Source: a bacterium (GTDB taxonomy: Bacteria; 4484-113; JAFGCY01). From it: a DNA stretch of 64,000 bases. The translations under genes and the position numbers were made by a program. Below are positions 17,281 to 27,171 of the stretch, piece by piece (the stretch's first letter is position 1; each line of letters opens with the position of its first letter). The notes beneath the pieces were generated by a model. It was given only the letters and a program-made list of their open reading frames with translations. It was not told the DNA's origin and did no database searches. The stretch is taken from NCBI GenBank assembly GCA_016932385.1, contig JAFGCY010000095.1, forward strand, positions 59,306-123,305. Direction: 5' to 3'.

Positions 17281-17871
17281 TCAGATATCGCCGTGCTCCC
17301 GGGCCATTTCGATGTATTCTTCGGCGGTCGGGAAATCGGTCGGCGTAATCTCGCGGTCGGACTGCCTGGCCATCCGCTTGAAGTCCTGCAGGTACTGGAA
17401 GGCCAGCCGTGGCTGGCGTGTCTGCTTGACAATGCCCAGTGTGCGCTGGAGCAACTCGGCCCGGGCGGCATCGCTGGTGTTGAGTTCCGGCTGGCCGGGC
17501 GCCAAGGCCTGCTGCAGCAGCTGGTTCAACTCCTGAACCACATCGGCCATCGCGTTAGCAGCTACGGCGCCGGAGAACTCGTTTTTGGTTTCCAGCAGCG
17601 GGACATGCCGGTAAGTACGCAGGATGAACCAGTCGGCCGGTTCTGCCGGCTGGTCCAGGTAATGGCAATAATGCTCGTACAAGATGGTGTTGCGCGTCTG
17701 GCCCGTGATGACCTGTAGGCCGATGTAGGAACGGTAGGAGCGTTCGCGACCGGAATTGAGATCGATCAACTCGCCGTATTCGCAGGGCAGGTTCGCCAGC
17801 AGCCAGGGGCTGGCGGCCAAGGTGACCAGGGCCGCCACGGTCAGGGCCAGCAAGGGGAACCGCTTACGCAT
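17281..17871 (-). CDS. Secreted hypothetical protein.
   Basis: The internal Met at 17871 gives the signal peptide MRKRFPLLALTVAALVTLAASPWLLA. The track ORF extends to 17982. No domain recognised. Confidence 0.45.
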   Translation of the reverse strand: MRKRFPLLALTVAALVTLAASPWLLANLPCEYGELIDLNSGRERSYRSYIGLQVITGQTRNTILYEHYCHYLDQPAEPADWFILRTYRHVPLLETKNEFSGAVAANAMADVVQELNQLLQQALAPGQPELNTSDAARAELLQRTLGIVKQTRQPRLAFQYLQDFKRMARQSDREITPTDFPTAEEYIEMAREHGDI

Positions 17872-18039
17872 CACTGCTGAGCATACCAGCATGCCTGCCA
17901 GACGCAAACCGAGCCGAGGAGGTTTACCGTGGTCTCGCGAAATACTTGGGCGGGTTCTGGGTAAAGTACACGGTTTGATCACTTGTAGATTCGAGATTGG
18001 TACACGTACAATAGGTGCAAGTTGCTAGGGAGGCTAAGC

Positions 18040-21000
18040 ATGTTCCCATTTGCTATGAAGCTGGTTCGCGGCGCTGTTTTGTTGGTTGTCCTGATTGGCC
18101 TGGTTACCGCGGCGCAAGCCCTGCCGGCCGTACCGGGTGGCGGGAGCGTCCGCGTCCACTTCACCGCCGATCCGATGATCGGTTATGCCCCGCTGGATGT
18201 GGTGCTGGACGCCACGGACGACATGACGGCGGACTTCTATTCCTGGGATATCGACTGGGACGGCGACGGCCTGGTCGATGACGAAGGCAATGACGATCCG
18301 GTGTACGAGGTCACCTACGAGGAGCCGGGGCGCTATTATCCCGTGTTCCGGCTGTTCAACAATGACTTCGGTTTGATCGCGCGGGTCGTGACCGAGGTGA
18401 TCGTCAACAATCCCGAGGAGGATTCCGGCGGCGACGATATCTACGGCGGGATCGATCCCGGTTACGGGACGCCGACCTATAACGCAATCCTGCACTGCGA
18501 GCCGCAGACCGGCGAAGCGCCGTTGACGGTGTACTTCACGGGCGAGGGTGTCGACAAGCAATACTACTTATATTGGGAACTTGATTACGACGGCGACGGC
18601 ATGGCCGACGAAGAAGGCAATGACGAACCGGAAGGGGAGTACGAGTACACCGCCGCCGGCACGTACTACCCGCAACTCACGTACTACAACGACGACTACG
18701 GCGTGGTTACCCAGGCGCAGACGACCGTGCTGGTCACGGCGCCGGCGGGCGGCGAGGATATCGGCACGCCGGGGCTGACCGGTCCCCGCCTGGTCACCCT
18801 GATGGCCGATCCGGAGGCGGGCGATGCCCCGCTGCCGGTCGAGTTCGAGGTCGACGGGATCGATGAGGACGAGTACACGTCCTGGGCACTCGATGTCGAC
18901 GGCGACGGCGCCGCCGACATGGACGACTACGGCGAGTTCGCGGCCGCGATCACCTACGGTCAGCCCGGCACCTACTACCCGGCAGTGGCGTTGTTCAACG
19001 ACGACGGCGGAACGGTCGGCATGGGGGGCTGCGAGGTGGAGGTGTACGTCAATGCCGACGTGGAAATGCTCGATCCGGGCAAGGTATACCTGCAGCCCGG
19101 CCAGCTGACGGATACACTGGCGCCGGAGAGATTCGAGCCGGTGCTGACGGCGCTGCCGGATTACGGCTTCGCGCCGTTCAACGTCAACTTCGCGGTGTCC
19201 GGCGTCGAGATCGATGATTATGCCTATTGGGAGCTGGACTGGGACGGCGACGGCCAGTACGACGGCGGCGACAAAGGCGCAGTGATCTGGCTGGTGACCT
19301 ACGACACCCCGGGCCAGTACAACCCGACGGTCTGGTTCTACGATGACAACCAGCAATTGCTGGGTGAAGCGACCACCGAGGTCTATGTGGCGGATCCGGA
19401 CCAGGCCCGGTTGATCGACGACGCCTTCCCATTCGACGGCGATCCCGAGTATCTGGCCGAGAAGTGGATACCGCGCGTCGACAATGTGAAGCAGCTTACC
19501 CTGACCGCAACCCCGGCCAAAGGGGATGCGCCGTTCGAACCGGAGTTCACGGTCAGCGGCGTGGACTTCAATTACTGGCTGTGGGAGTTGGACTGGGAGA
19601 GCGATGGCACCTGCGACCGCGCCAGCCAGACCTGGAATGGCAAGGTCGAAGGGTACTACTCGATGCCGGGCAAATACACAGCGAAACTCACATTCTATAA
19701 CGATAGCAACCAAGTGATCGCTGAAGGCGAGACACCAGTCGAAGTGACGGGCGCGATGGCTGTTGAACCGCACGATGGTCCACAAAACGCCGTGGCGCTG
19801 AAAGCCTTTCCAACTTCGGGCTTTGCTCCATTGACGGTGGCCTTTGATGCCCGCGAGATTGAGCCGGACAACTGGTATGCCTGGGGCTTCGACCAGGGAG
19901 ATGGAGTCACGTTGTATCCAGAGGGTCGGCCGGTGCCGCAGGCGACGTACAACACGCCGGGGAAATACCGGGCCAGTATCACGTTCTACGATGTGGCTTA
20001 CAAACAGCTTGTTTATGCCGTGGCGGAAATCGAGGTTAAACCCGGTCCCGGCCAGAACAGCTTTCCGCCGCAGGATGTGGTGGCAGATTTGCGCGTGGAG
20101 TATTTCCCTCAGAACAAAGCCCCCTGGACGGTCATGTGGGATGCGCGCAACAGCTATCCATTTGGCGATATCCGCATGTTCCGGTGGGATACCACGGGCG
20201 ACGGCGGCTATACCATTCAGCTGTCAGACAAATATACGCACGAAGCCAAGTATGACCGCCCCGGCCGGTATACGGTCGGCTTGGAGGTCGAGGACAAGAA
20301 CGGCAAGAAGGACCAGGCCGTGCGTACGATTGTCCTGGGCGAATGCTATGCCGATTTGAGCTGCTATCCAGTGCGCGGTACGGTGCCGTTTACCATCCGG
20401 TGCGATGCTTCAGGGTCATGGTCGGCGCAAGGGATCAAGCGCTATTACTGGAAAACGTTCCTGGAAAGCGAGACCAGTATTGCCGACAATGAGTATTACG
20501 TGACGGATTCAACATCGCCGTATTGGGAGCACACGTTTACCGCGCCGGGCAAATACAAAGTTGTCGTTGCCGTCAATGACGGCCAATTCACGGATATGGG
20601 AATGCCGAAGGCGTACATCCCGATCGAGGTCGTCAGCAGCGGCAGCGCACCGAGCGCTGTGTTGTACGCAGATGCTACCGGCGGGCCTGCGCCCCTGCAT
20701 ATCTATTACGGGGCCGGGAGCAGTCGAGATCAAGATGGCTCCATCGCGTCCTACACGTGGGATGGTGATATCAATGACAATGTGCCACCGACGACCAAGG
20801 TTCAGGGCGGCGACCGCTTCGATTACATCTACGAAACACCGGGGAAATACACGGCAGCGTTGTATGTGACCGATAACGACGGTTTGTCCTCGGAAATCGA
20901 AACCGTCGAGATTGTCGTACATTCACCCAGCGGAGGGCCTCCCACGGCCAAGCTGACCGCTACGGTCGCCAAGGGCACCGCGCCGTTCACAGTCGATTTC

Positions 21001-21549
21001 GATGCAACCGGTAGTTTCGACACAGATGGGACGGTCGACAGCTATTTACTGCGACCGGATAACACGGCCCCTTCGATTGTGTTACAGAACACCACGGGCA
21101 AGTTCCAGTACACGTATAAATACAGCGGTACGTATTCCGCCACGCTTTGGGTGCAGGATAACGACGGGTTTGGCAGTACCAACGAGGCCAAGGTCAGGAT
21201 TACCGTTGAGCAAAGCGCCCAAGGCTCCCCCGATAAAGGCGGACCGATTCCGGTTGTGACCTTTACCGCCGGGTCGGGCCTGGATTCGCTGACAGCCAAT
21301 TTCGATGCCACGGCCAGTTATGTCCTCGACCAGTTGGGGGCGAAAGATCCGCAAGGCAAGATCACCACAGTCTATTTCGATCCCAACTTCCGGGATACGC
21401 GCGATGGCTATGTGGTGAAAGGCATGCTCTGGAGCCATACCTACGGGTATGAGGGCACGTACTATGCCGCCGTGATTATGCGTGATGCTGTAAACCGCCG
21501 CAGCGAGCCGTATATCATCAAGGTTGTCGTCAAGAAACCCGCTGGCTAG
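18040..21549 (+). CDS. Giant secreted protein built of about 7 diverged PKD-like modules with DxDGDG-type acidic (likely Ca-binding) loops, plus C-terminal canonical PKD domains.
   Basis: GGGAGG RBS before the ATG at 18040. Signal MFPFAMKLVRGAVLLVVLIGLVTAAQA. Recurrent about 115-aa units contain WDIDWDGDG, WELDYDGDG, WALDVDGDG, WELDWDGDG, WELDWESDG and ...PGxYYP...YND... Later units have DGSIASYTWDGD...YIYETPGKYTAALYVTDNDG, a PKD consensus. Confidence 0.75.
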   Translation: MFPFAMKLVRGAVLLVVLIGLVTAAQALPAVPGGGSVRVHFTADPMIGYAPLDVVLDATDDMTADFYSWDIDWDGDGLVDDEGNDDPVYEVTYEEPGRYYPVFRLFNNDFGLIARVVTEVIVNNPEEDSGGDDIYGGIDPGYGTPTYNAILHCEPQTGEAPLTVYFTGEGVDKQYYLYWELDYDGDGMADEEGNDEPEGEYEYTAAGTYYPQLTYYNDDYGVVTQAQTTVLVTAPAGGEDIGTPGLTGPRLVTLMADPEAGDAPLPVEFEVDGIDEDEYTSWALDVDGDGAADMDDYGEFAAAITYGQPGTYYPAVALFNDDGGTVGMGGCEVEVYVNADVEMLDPGKVYLQPGQLTDTLAPERFEPVLTALPDYGFAPFNVNFAVSGVEIDDYAYWELDWDGDGQYDGGDKGAVIWLVTYDTPGQYNPTVWFYDDNQQLLGEATTEVYVADPDQARLIDDAFPFDGDPEYLAEKWIPRVDNVKQLTLTATPAKGDAPFEPEFTVSGVDFNYWLWELDWESDGTCDRASQTWNGKVEGYYSMPGKYTAKLTFYNDSNQVIAEGETPVEVTGAMAVEPHDGPQNAVALKAFPTSGFAPLTVAFDAREIEPDNWYAWGFDQGDGVTLYPEGRPVPQATYNTPGKYRASITFYDVAYKQLVYAVAEIEVKPGPGQNSFPPQDVVADLRVEYFPQNKAPWTVMWDARNSYPFGDIRMFRWDTTGDGGYTIQLSDKYTHEAKYDRPGRYTVGLEVEDKNGKKDQAVRTIVLGECYADLSCYPVRGTVPFTIRCDASGSWSAQGIKRYYWKTFLESETSIADNEYYVTDSTSPYWEHTFTAPGKYKVVVAVNDGQFTDMGMPKAYIPIEVVSSGSAPSAVLYADATGGPAPLHIYYGAGSSRDQDGSIASYTWDGDINDNVPPTTKVQGGDRFDYIYETPGKYTAALYVTDNDGLSSEIETVEIVVHSPSGGPPTAKLTATVAKGTAPFTVDFDATGSFDTDGTVDSYLLRPDNTAPSIVLQNTTGKFQYTYKYSGTYSATLWVQDNDGFGSTNEAKVRITVEQSAQGSPDKGGPIPVVTFTAGSGLDSLTANFDATASYVLDQLGAKDPQGKITTVYFDPNFRDTRDGYVVKGMLWSHTYGYEGTYYAAVIMRDAVNRRSEPYIIKVVVKKPAG

Positions 21550-21741
21550 TCACCACTAATCCGGCTTGCGCAAAAAAGTGAAATGCCAACCTGGCCGTCG
21601 TTCGACTGACCGATCGACGGCCAGGTTTATAACTTGTGGATAAATACCTGGCAGGGTATCGAAAAATATGCTATAGTACGCGCGCGAGGGTTTGGGTTTC
21701 ACTACCAACTAGGGGCTCAAGATGAAACGGAGGTTGTGCAT

Positions 21742-22524
21742 TTGCGCGCAATAGCTGTATTACACGCGTGCGTGGTGTTCACGCTGACATTGACGATGGC
21801 GGCCTGGGCCGCCGACCACCCGGCCAACGGGCGCGAGATCGCCGAATTGCCCAGCGATTACGGCACGGCTGAGTTCAGCTTGCCGGCGGGCTGGTCCTAC
21901 GGCGACCTGACGTTCGGCGGGCCCTTCCCGGCCGCCAATGAACTGATGCCGCCGGAGAAGTACATGCTGGCCGGCACCAAACCGACCAGCGACAAGGCCA
22001 ACGACGCCCTGCCGGCCTGGATCGATGCCGTGGCCGAATTCTGCCTGGATTATCACCAGGCCTTTAATACGGTACCGGCCGTGCTGAGCGAGGACGTGGT
22101 CGCTCAGCTTTGCCAGCAGCAGGGCCGCAATTTAGCCGCGGTGGACAAGACGCTGTCCTTCAATCCGCTGACCGGCAAGGCGCCGCGACTGGACGCTCAG
22201 CTGCAGTCGCCGGGCGACTTGTATGTACGTGCGCTGACGGCGGACGAGATGCAGTACTACGCCCAGCGGCGCCCGGCGCTGTTCGACGCCTGGTACGGCG
22301 GCCTGACCACCGATCCGGCGACCGGCCGGCAGAGCCGCGTGCGGCTGCTGACCGGCGTGCTCTACATGCGCGCCTATGGCAGCACCGGCGTGGTCTACGA
22401 AAACCTGGTCTACCGGGTCAGCGAACCGGAGTACGTGCCGCAGCAAGTGCTGGCGCAGTCCAATCGGCCCGTCCAGACGCAACAGGCCTGGAACCTGGAC
22501 GGCTGCGATTCCACCAGTGGTTGA
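21742..22524 (+). CDS. Secreted hypothetical protein.
   Basis: GGAGG lies 8 nt before the TTG at 21742, giving LRAIAVLHACVVFTLTLTMAAWAADHP as a signal peptide. The start is uncertain because the track ORF begins at 21634. No domain recognised. Confidence 0.45.
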   Translation: MRAIAVLHACVVFTLTLTMAAWAADHPANGREIAELPSDYGTAEFSLPAGWSYGDLTFGGPFPAANELMPPEKYMLAGTKPTSDKANDALPAWIDAVAEFCLDYHQAFNTVPAVLSEDVVAQLCQQQGRNLAAVDKTLSFNPLTGKAPRLDAQLQSPGDLYVRALTADEMQYYAQRRPALFDAWYGGLTTDPATGRQSRVRLLTGVLYMRAYGSTGVVYENLVYRVSEPEYVPQQVLAQSNRPVQTQQAWNLDGCDSTSG

Positions 22525-22737
22525 AGCCGCTGAACAACGGGCCGGGTCCGGCCTGTCCACTCGCTAGCAAGCGAATAATTGACAACCGCCCGTTCGCCGG
22601 TGTGTGATTTCCGGCGGCCGGGCGGTATAATGTATCGCCGCCTGGAGCATTTGACCGGGACGGCAGTGGGATGGGTTCCTTGATCGGGACACTCACGGTA
22701 TGAATCGGGACCGGGCAACCGGCCTGAAGTCAAAGGA

Positions 22738-23601
22738 GTGAGTATGTCGGAGTTTTTGCTTTCGCGGCTGCGCAAGTGCGCTAAGCACGGGCGGCCGATT
22801 GTCTCCATTACCGCCTACGATTACTTCACCGCCTTGCTCGCCAAACACGCCGACGTTGACTTCGTGCTGGTCGGCGACAGCTTGGGCAATGTGGTGCAGG
22901 GCGCGGCGACGACAGTCGGCGTCTCCCTGGACGACGTGATCTACCACACGCGCATCGTCTGCCGGCATTTCCCGGCGGAGCGCGTGATCCTGGACATGCC
23001 GTTCGGCACGTTCAAGCTGGAGGCTGAGCAGACCGTCGAGAACTGCGTACGGGCGTTCAAGGACGGCGGTTGCGGCGGTGTGAAATTCGAAGGTGCCAAT
23101 AACGAAAACCTGTTCGCGACGCGGATCCTGACCGAGGCCGGCGTGCCGGTCCTGGGCCACCTGGGGCTGCTGCCGCAGCGGGTTTACGCCGAGGGCGGCT
23201 ACAAGGTCCAGGGCAAGACCAAGGCCCAGGCCGAGCAGCTGCTCAAGCAGGCCAAGGCCCTGGAGCAGGCCGGCGCTTTCGGCATCGTGTTGGAATGCGT
23301 CGTGTCGGAGGTCGCCGCACGGATCACGCACGAGCTGTCCATCCCGACGATCGGGATCGGTTCCGGCAACGGCTGCAGCGGCCAGATCATCGTGGTCCAC
23401 GACATTCTGGGCATGCTGCCCGGCGAGGCACCCAGCTTTGCGCGGCAGTACGCGGACCTGTTCGGTACCGCCACCCAGGCCGTGGCTGCATACTCCGCCG
23501 ATGTACGCCAGGGGCTGTTTCCGGATCTCGCGATGCCGGAGGACCAGGCCAGTCTCTATGGTGGTGACAAGGCGGCCGATAAAGTAGGACCCACGGTATA
23601 G
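22738..23601 (+). CDS. panB: 3-methyl-2-oxobutanoate hydroxymethyltransferase (ketopantoate hydroxymethyltransferase).
   Basis: IVSITAYDYFTALLAKHADVDFVLVGDSLGNVVQG...ILDMPFGTF is the canonical PanB signature. Confidence 0.9.
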   Translation: MSMSEFLLSRLRKCAKHGRPIVSITAYDYFTALLAKHADVDFVLVGDSLGNVVQGAATTVGVSLDDVIYHTRIVCRHFPAERVILDMPFGTFKLEAEQTVENCVRAFKDGGCGGVKFEGANNENLFATRILTEAGVPVLGHLGLLPQRVYAEGGYKVQGKTKAQAEQLLKQAKALEQAGAFGIVLECVVSEVAARITHELSIPTIGIGSGNGCSGQIIVVHDILGMLPGEAPSFARQYADLFGTATQAVAAYSADVRQGLFPDLAMPEDQASLYGGDKAADKVGPTV

Positions 23602-23608
23602 TAATTGC

Positions 23609-24496
23609 ATGGAAGTAGCAACGACACGCGATGCACTGCGCCGACTCCGCCGTGATCTGGCGGTCAGCCACCATGACAAGCACTTCGAGCGTCCCCTGAT
23701 CGGCTTGACCCCGACGATGGGCGCGTTGCATGCCGGTCACCGAGCGCTGATTGAGCGCATGGCGGACGAAAGCGACGTCAGTATCGTCAGCATTTTCGTC
23801 AATCCGCTGCAATTCGGCGCCGGTGAGGACCTGGAGCGCTATCCGCGCACGCTGGACAGCGACCTGCAGATTTGCCAGGTGGCCGGGGCCGATCTGGTCT
23901 ACGCCCCGCCCGTGGACGAGGTTTACGCGGAGAACTTCACCACCAGCGTGGCCGTGGCTGAGCTGACCGAGCGCTGGTGCGGCGCCGGACGCCCAGGCCA
24001 TTTCCAGGGCGTGACCACGGTGGTGGCCAAGCTGTTCAACGCCTGTGATCCCGATCGGGCCTACTTCGGCGAAAAGGACTACCAGCAGTTGTGCGTTGTG
24101 CAGCGCATGACCCGCGACCTGGAGTTCGACGTGGAGATCGTGGCCTGCCCAACGGTGCGCGAGCCTGACGGGCTGGCGATCAGCAGCCGCAACCAGTACC
24201 TGTCCGCGTCCGAGCGCGACGTGGCGCCCAAGCTGCATCAAGCACTGCAGCGCTTGGCGGCTTGCTTCAGCGGCGGTGTGCAAGATGCCGAGTCGTTGAT
24301 CATCGAAGCCAAGCACGTGCTGGCTGAGTGCCGGACGGTGGAGTTTGAATTGGAATACCTGGCCGTGGTCGATCCGCGGACGCTGGCGCCCCGTGAACGG
24401 GCCGAGCGTGGCGACCGCGCGCTGATCGCCGCGAGGATCGGCAGCACCCGGCTGATCGACAACCTCGCGCTGACCGGCGGTGAGCCGGCCGACTAA
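23609..24496 (+). CDS. panC: Pantoate--beta-alanine ligase.
   Basis: The HIGH-like motif is GLTPTMGALHAGHRALI. SIFVNPLQFGAGEDLERYPRT is also present. Length is 295 aa. Confidence 0.9.
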   Translation: MEVATTRDALRRLRRDLAVSHHDKHFERPLIGLTPTMGALHAGHRALIERMADESDVSIVSIFVNPLQFGAGEDLERYPRTLDSDLQICQVAGADLVYAPPVDEVYAENFTTSVAVAELTERWCGAGRPGHFQGVTTVVAKLFNACDPDRAYFGEKDYQQLCVVQRMTRDLEFDVEIVACPTVREPDGLAISSRNQYLSASERDVAPKLHQALQRLAACFSGGVQDAESLIIEAKHVLAECRTVEFELEYLAVVDPRTLAPRERAERGDRALIAARIGSTRLIDNLALTGGEPAD

Positions 24497-24513
24497 TCTA
24501 GTTGGATGCTGTG

Positions 24514-24867
24514 ATGAATGTGACCTTATTGAAATGCAAATTGCACAACGCGGCGGTGACCGCCGGCGACGTGAACTACCAGGGCAGCCTGGGTGTCAGC
24601 CGCGAGCTGATGAAGGCGGTCGGCCTGCTGCCTTACGAGAAGATCCTCGTTGCCAATCTCACCAACGGCGAACGGCTGGAAACCTATGCGATTGTCGAGG
24701 AAACGCCCGGTCAGATTGTCCTGAACGGAGCGGCCGCCCACCGCGGCCAGGTCGGCGACCGCGTGATTATCATGAGCTTCGCCCAGTTGACGGTCGAAGC
24801 AGCCCAGGCGCATCAGCCGCGGATCGCGATCCTCAACGAACACAACGAAATAATCGAACTGAAGTAA
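24514..24867 (+). CDS. panD: Aspartate 1-decarboxylase (pyruvoyl-dependent).
   Basis: MNVTLLKCKLHNAAVTAGDVNYQGSLGVS has the G-S processing site. NGAAAHRGQVGDRVIIMSF is the C-terminal signature. The track ORF starts 12 nt earlier, at 24502. Confidence 0.85.
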   Translation: MNVTLLKCKLHNAAVTAGDVNYQGSLGVSRELMKAVGLLPYEKILVANLTNGERLETYAIVEETPGQIVLNGAAAHRGQVGDRVIIMSFAQLTVEAAQAHQPRIAILNEHNEIIELK

Positions 24868-24894
24868 GCACTGCTGATTTTGCGGGGTGGCCAA

Positions 24895-25320
24895 ATGGAA
24901 CGCCTGCCAATAAGCCATACGGACTACCTGTGGTTCAACGCGCCGCGGCGCAAGCACCTGTACCACATCACGGATGAAGTCCGCCGCGTAGTCCGCGACA
25001 GCGGCGTGCGCGAGGGATTCTGCCTGGTCGGGGCGATGCACATTACCGCGGCAATCTGGGTCAACGACAACGAAAGCGGTTTGCACCAGGACATCGATGC
25101 CTGGTTGGAGCAGCTGGCCCCGCTGGGACCGGACTACCACCACCACCGGACGGGCGAGGACAACGGCGACGCGCACCTGAAAGCGCTTTTACTGGGCCGG
25201 CAGGTGCTGCTGCCCGTGACCGACGGCGAGCTCGACCTGGGGCCGTGGGAGCAGGTGTTTTATCACGAATTCGACGGCCGCCGGCGCAAGCGTGTGATTA
25301 TCAAGGTCTGTGGGTTCTAA
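24895..25320 (+). CDS. yjbQ: YjbQ/UPF0047 family protein (secondary thiamine-phosphate synthase-like).
   Basis: [52 protein letters not shown] matches the conserved YjbQ C-terminal half. Confidence 0.7.
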   Translation: MERLPISHTDYLWFNAPRRKHLYHITDEVRRVVRDSGVREGFCLVGAMHITAAIWVNDNESGLHQDIDAWLEQLAPLGPDYHHHRTGEDNGDAHLKALLLGRQVLLPVTDGELDLGPWEQVFYHEFDGRRRKRVIIKVCGF

Positions 25321-25380
25321 CTGAACCAAGACCGGGAGTACAAAGCGGAAAATCCCGAATTTCGCCGAATTGCTTGCGGT

Positions 25381-25431
25381 ATTTTGTGTATATGATACAA
25401 TAATTACGGATTTAGTGTAATATATACACTT
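25381..25431. promoter_or_regulatory. AT-rich promoter region with a terminal inverted repeat GTGTATAT...ATATACAC upstream of nadA; candidate repressor operator.
   Basis: gtgtatatgatacaataattacggatttagtgtaatatatacac has perfect 8-bp inverted ends. It is the only strongly AT-rich stretch in this part of the window and sits about 55 nt upstream of the nadA start. Confidence 0.3.
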
Positions 25432-25484
25432 ATGCCATGGGGCTGCCGACGGGTCAAACCGTCCCCGCCCCCAAGGAAACGAGA

Positions 25485-26531
25485 ATGACAACGCCGATCA
25501 ATTTGGCCGAGACGCTGACCAGGGAGCAGACGCTGGAACTCGAGGCCAACCGACTGCATGAACGCCTGGCTGTGGTTGGCTGGAGCATGCTGGAGTGCGA
25601 GCTGATCGCGCCCTTGACCGCCGAGATCAACGCGCTCAAACGCAGGTTGAACGCGGTGGTGCTGGCGCACAGCTACCAGACGCCGGATGTGATCTACGGC
25701 ATTGCCGACCACGTAGGCGACAGCCTGGGCTTGAGCACCGAAGCTGCGCACACCGATGCGGAAGTGATCGTATTCTGCGGGGTCCGCTTCATGGCGGAGA
25801 CCGCGAAGATCCTCAGTCCCGGCAAGCGCGTGCTGTTGCCGGCGCCGGACGCCGGTTGCAGCCTGGCGGACAGCATCACTGCCGAGGAGGTTCGCGAACT
25901 CAAGCGCCAGCACCCCGGCGTGCCGGTCGTTTGCTACGTCAATACGAGTGCCGAAGTCAAGGCGGAATGTGACGCCTGCTGCACCAGTGCCAATACGCTG
26001 GCCGTGATCGAGGCGATGCCCGGTGACGAGCTGATCTTCGTGCCGGACAAGCTGATGGCGGCCAACATGCAGCCGCACACCAAGAAGCGGCTGATCACCT
26101 GGGACGGCAGCTGCATCGTGCACGAGGATTTCGGCGAGGCCGAGTTCCGCGCGTTCAAGGAGCAGTACCCGCAAGCGGCGCTCCTGGCGCATACCGAGTG
26201 TATGCCCAGCGTTGTCGAGATGGCGGATATGGCTGGCAGTACCAGCGGGATGGAACGGTTCATCGCCGCCCACGACGAGATCAAGCAGTACCTGTTGGTC
26301 ACGGAGTGCGGCATGACCGACAAGCTCAAGGTGGCTTTCCCCGACCGCGACTTCGTCGGGTCCTGCGTGCTGTGCCCGTATATGAAAAAGGTCGAACTGC
26401 GCAACGTGCTCCAGGCGATGACCGCACCCCGTCCAAAGCAAGAAATCACGCTGTCCGAGGACGTGATCAAGGGCGCGCGGCGGGCGCTGGATAAAATGCT
26501 GGAAATCGGCCGCAGCGAGCGTGTGAAGTAG
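25485..26531 (+). CDS. nadA: Quinolinate synthase A.
   Basis: The RBS aaggaaacgag precedes the ATG at 25485. VIVFCGVRFMAETAKILSPGKRVLLPAPDAGCSLADS and VVCYVNTSAEVKAECDACCTSAN are NadA Fe-S cluster motifs. Confidence 0.9.
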   Translation: MTTPINLAETLTREQTLELEANRLHERLAVVGWSMLECELIAPLTAEINALKRRLNAVVLAHSYQTPDVIYGIADHVGDSLGLSTEAAHTDAEVIVFCGVRFMAETAKILSPGKRVLLPAPDAGCSLADSITAEEVRELKRQHPGVPVVCYVNTSAEVKAECDACCTSANTLAVIEAMPGDELIFVPDKLMAANMQPHTKKRLITWDGSCIVHEDFGEAEFRAFKEQYPQAALLAHTECMPSVVEMADMAGSTSGMERFIAAHDEIKQYLLVTECGMTDKLKVAFPDRDFVGSCVLCPYMKKVELRNVLQAMTAPRPKQEITLSEDVIKGARRALDKMLEIGRSERVK

Positions 26532-26700
26532 CTTGATTCCATCGGTCTTCAAACGTTGAAATCATCGTTAGACCTGATCAGTATTGGGCTAACTCACATG
26601 ACGATATCGCGATAATATCCATCTGTTACAATGGGCCCCCCGTAACCCGGACACGGAGTGTATCGCGCGCTTGGTAGCAGCTGGGTTGCACTGGACTGCT

Positions 26701-27171
26701 ATGGCAGACAATACGCAAAAGCAAACCGGACTCCAGTTCATAAAAATCCGCGCCGCCACCGATTTCCCCGGCTGGTTGCCGCGACCGACCATCGTGAGTT
26801 TTTTTCACGAAACGATGAAGCCGTATGAGGACAAGCCGGCTGATATCGAGGCCGCCCTCGACTACGCGTTCTCCGACAGCGAGTACGCGGGCGGATTTCT
26901 GATGGTCACTCATCGGGACGAGCAGCTGGCCGGCGCACTGCTGATGCTCAACTCGGGGATGCGCGGCTACATTCCGGAGAACATCCTGCTGTTCGTCACG
27001 GTGAATCCCGAAATGCGCGGGCAGGGAATCGGAGCGCAGCTGATCGAGCGCTGCGTCGCGGAATGTGATGGCGACGTCAAGCTGCATGTCGACTTCGACA
27101 ACCCGGCCAAACGCCTGTACGAGCGGCTGGGTTTCAAGCATTGTTACGCCGAGATGCGGCTGAAGCGATGA
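26701..27171 (+). CDS. GNAT family N-acetyltransferase.
   Basis: The acetyl-CoA binding motif is MRGQGIGAQLIERCV...NPAKRLYERLGFK. The gene's stop overlaps the next gene's start (ATGA). Confidence 0.7.
   Translation: MADNTQKQTGLQFIKIRAATDFPGWLPRPTIVSFFHETMKPYEDKPADIEAALDYAFSDSEYAGGFLMVTHRDEQLAGALLMLNSGMRGYIPENILLFVTVNPEMRGQGIGAQLIERCVAECDGDVKLHVDFDNPAKRLYERLGFKHCYAEMRLKR

Noticed and set aside
16513-17718. 401-aa + strand ORF spanning gltX and the downstream secreted protein gene.
   Set aside because: It is antisense to gltX (HIGH/KMSKS present on the minus strand) and has an Arg/Ala/Leu-rich junk composition.
18568-19785. 405-aa minus-strand ORF inside the giant PKD-repeat gene.
   Set aside because: It is antisense. 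The + frame has periodic domain structure and a signal peptide, while the minus frame is low-complexity.
22524-22737. Possible riboswitch in the ~110-nt panB leader (TTGACA ... TATAAT present).
   Set aside because: The -35/-10 spacing is non-canonical (41 nt), and no known riboswitch class regulates panBCD. I could see no conserved structure, so this is treated as an ordinary 5' UTR.
22693-24316. Minus-strand ORFs of 328 aa and 309 aa overlapping panB and panC.
   Set aside because: They are antisense to canonical PanB and PanC sequences.
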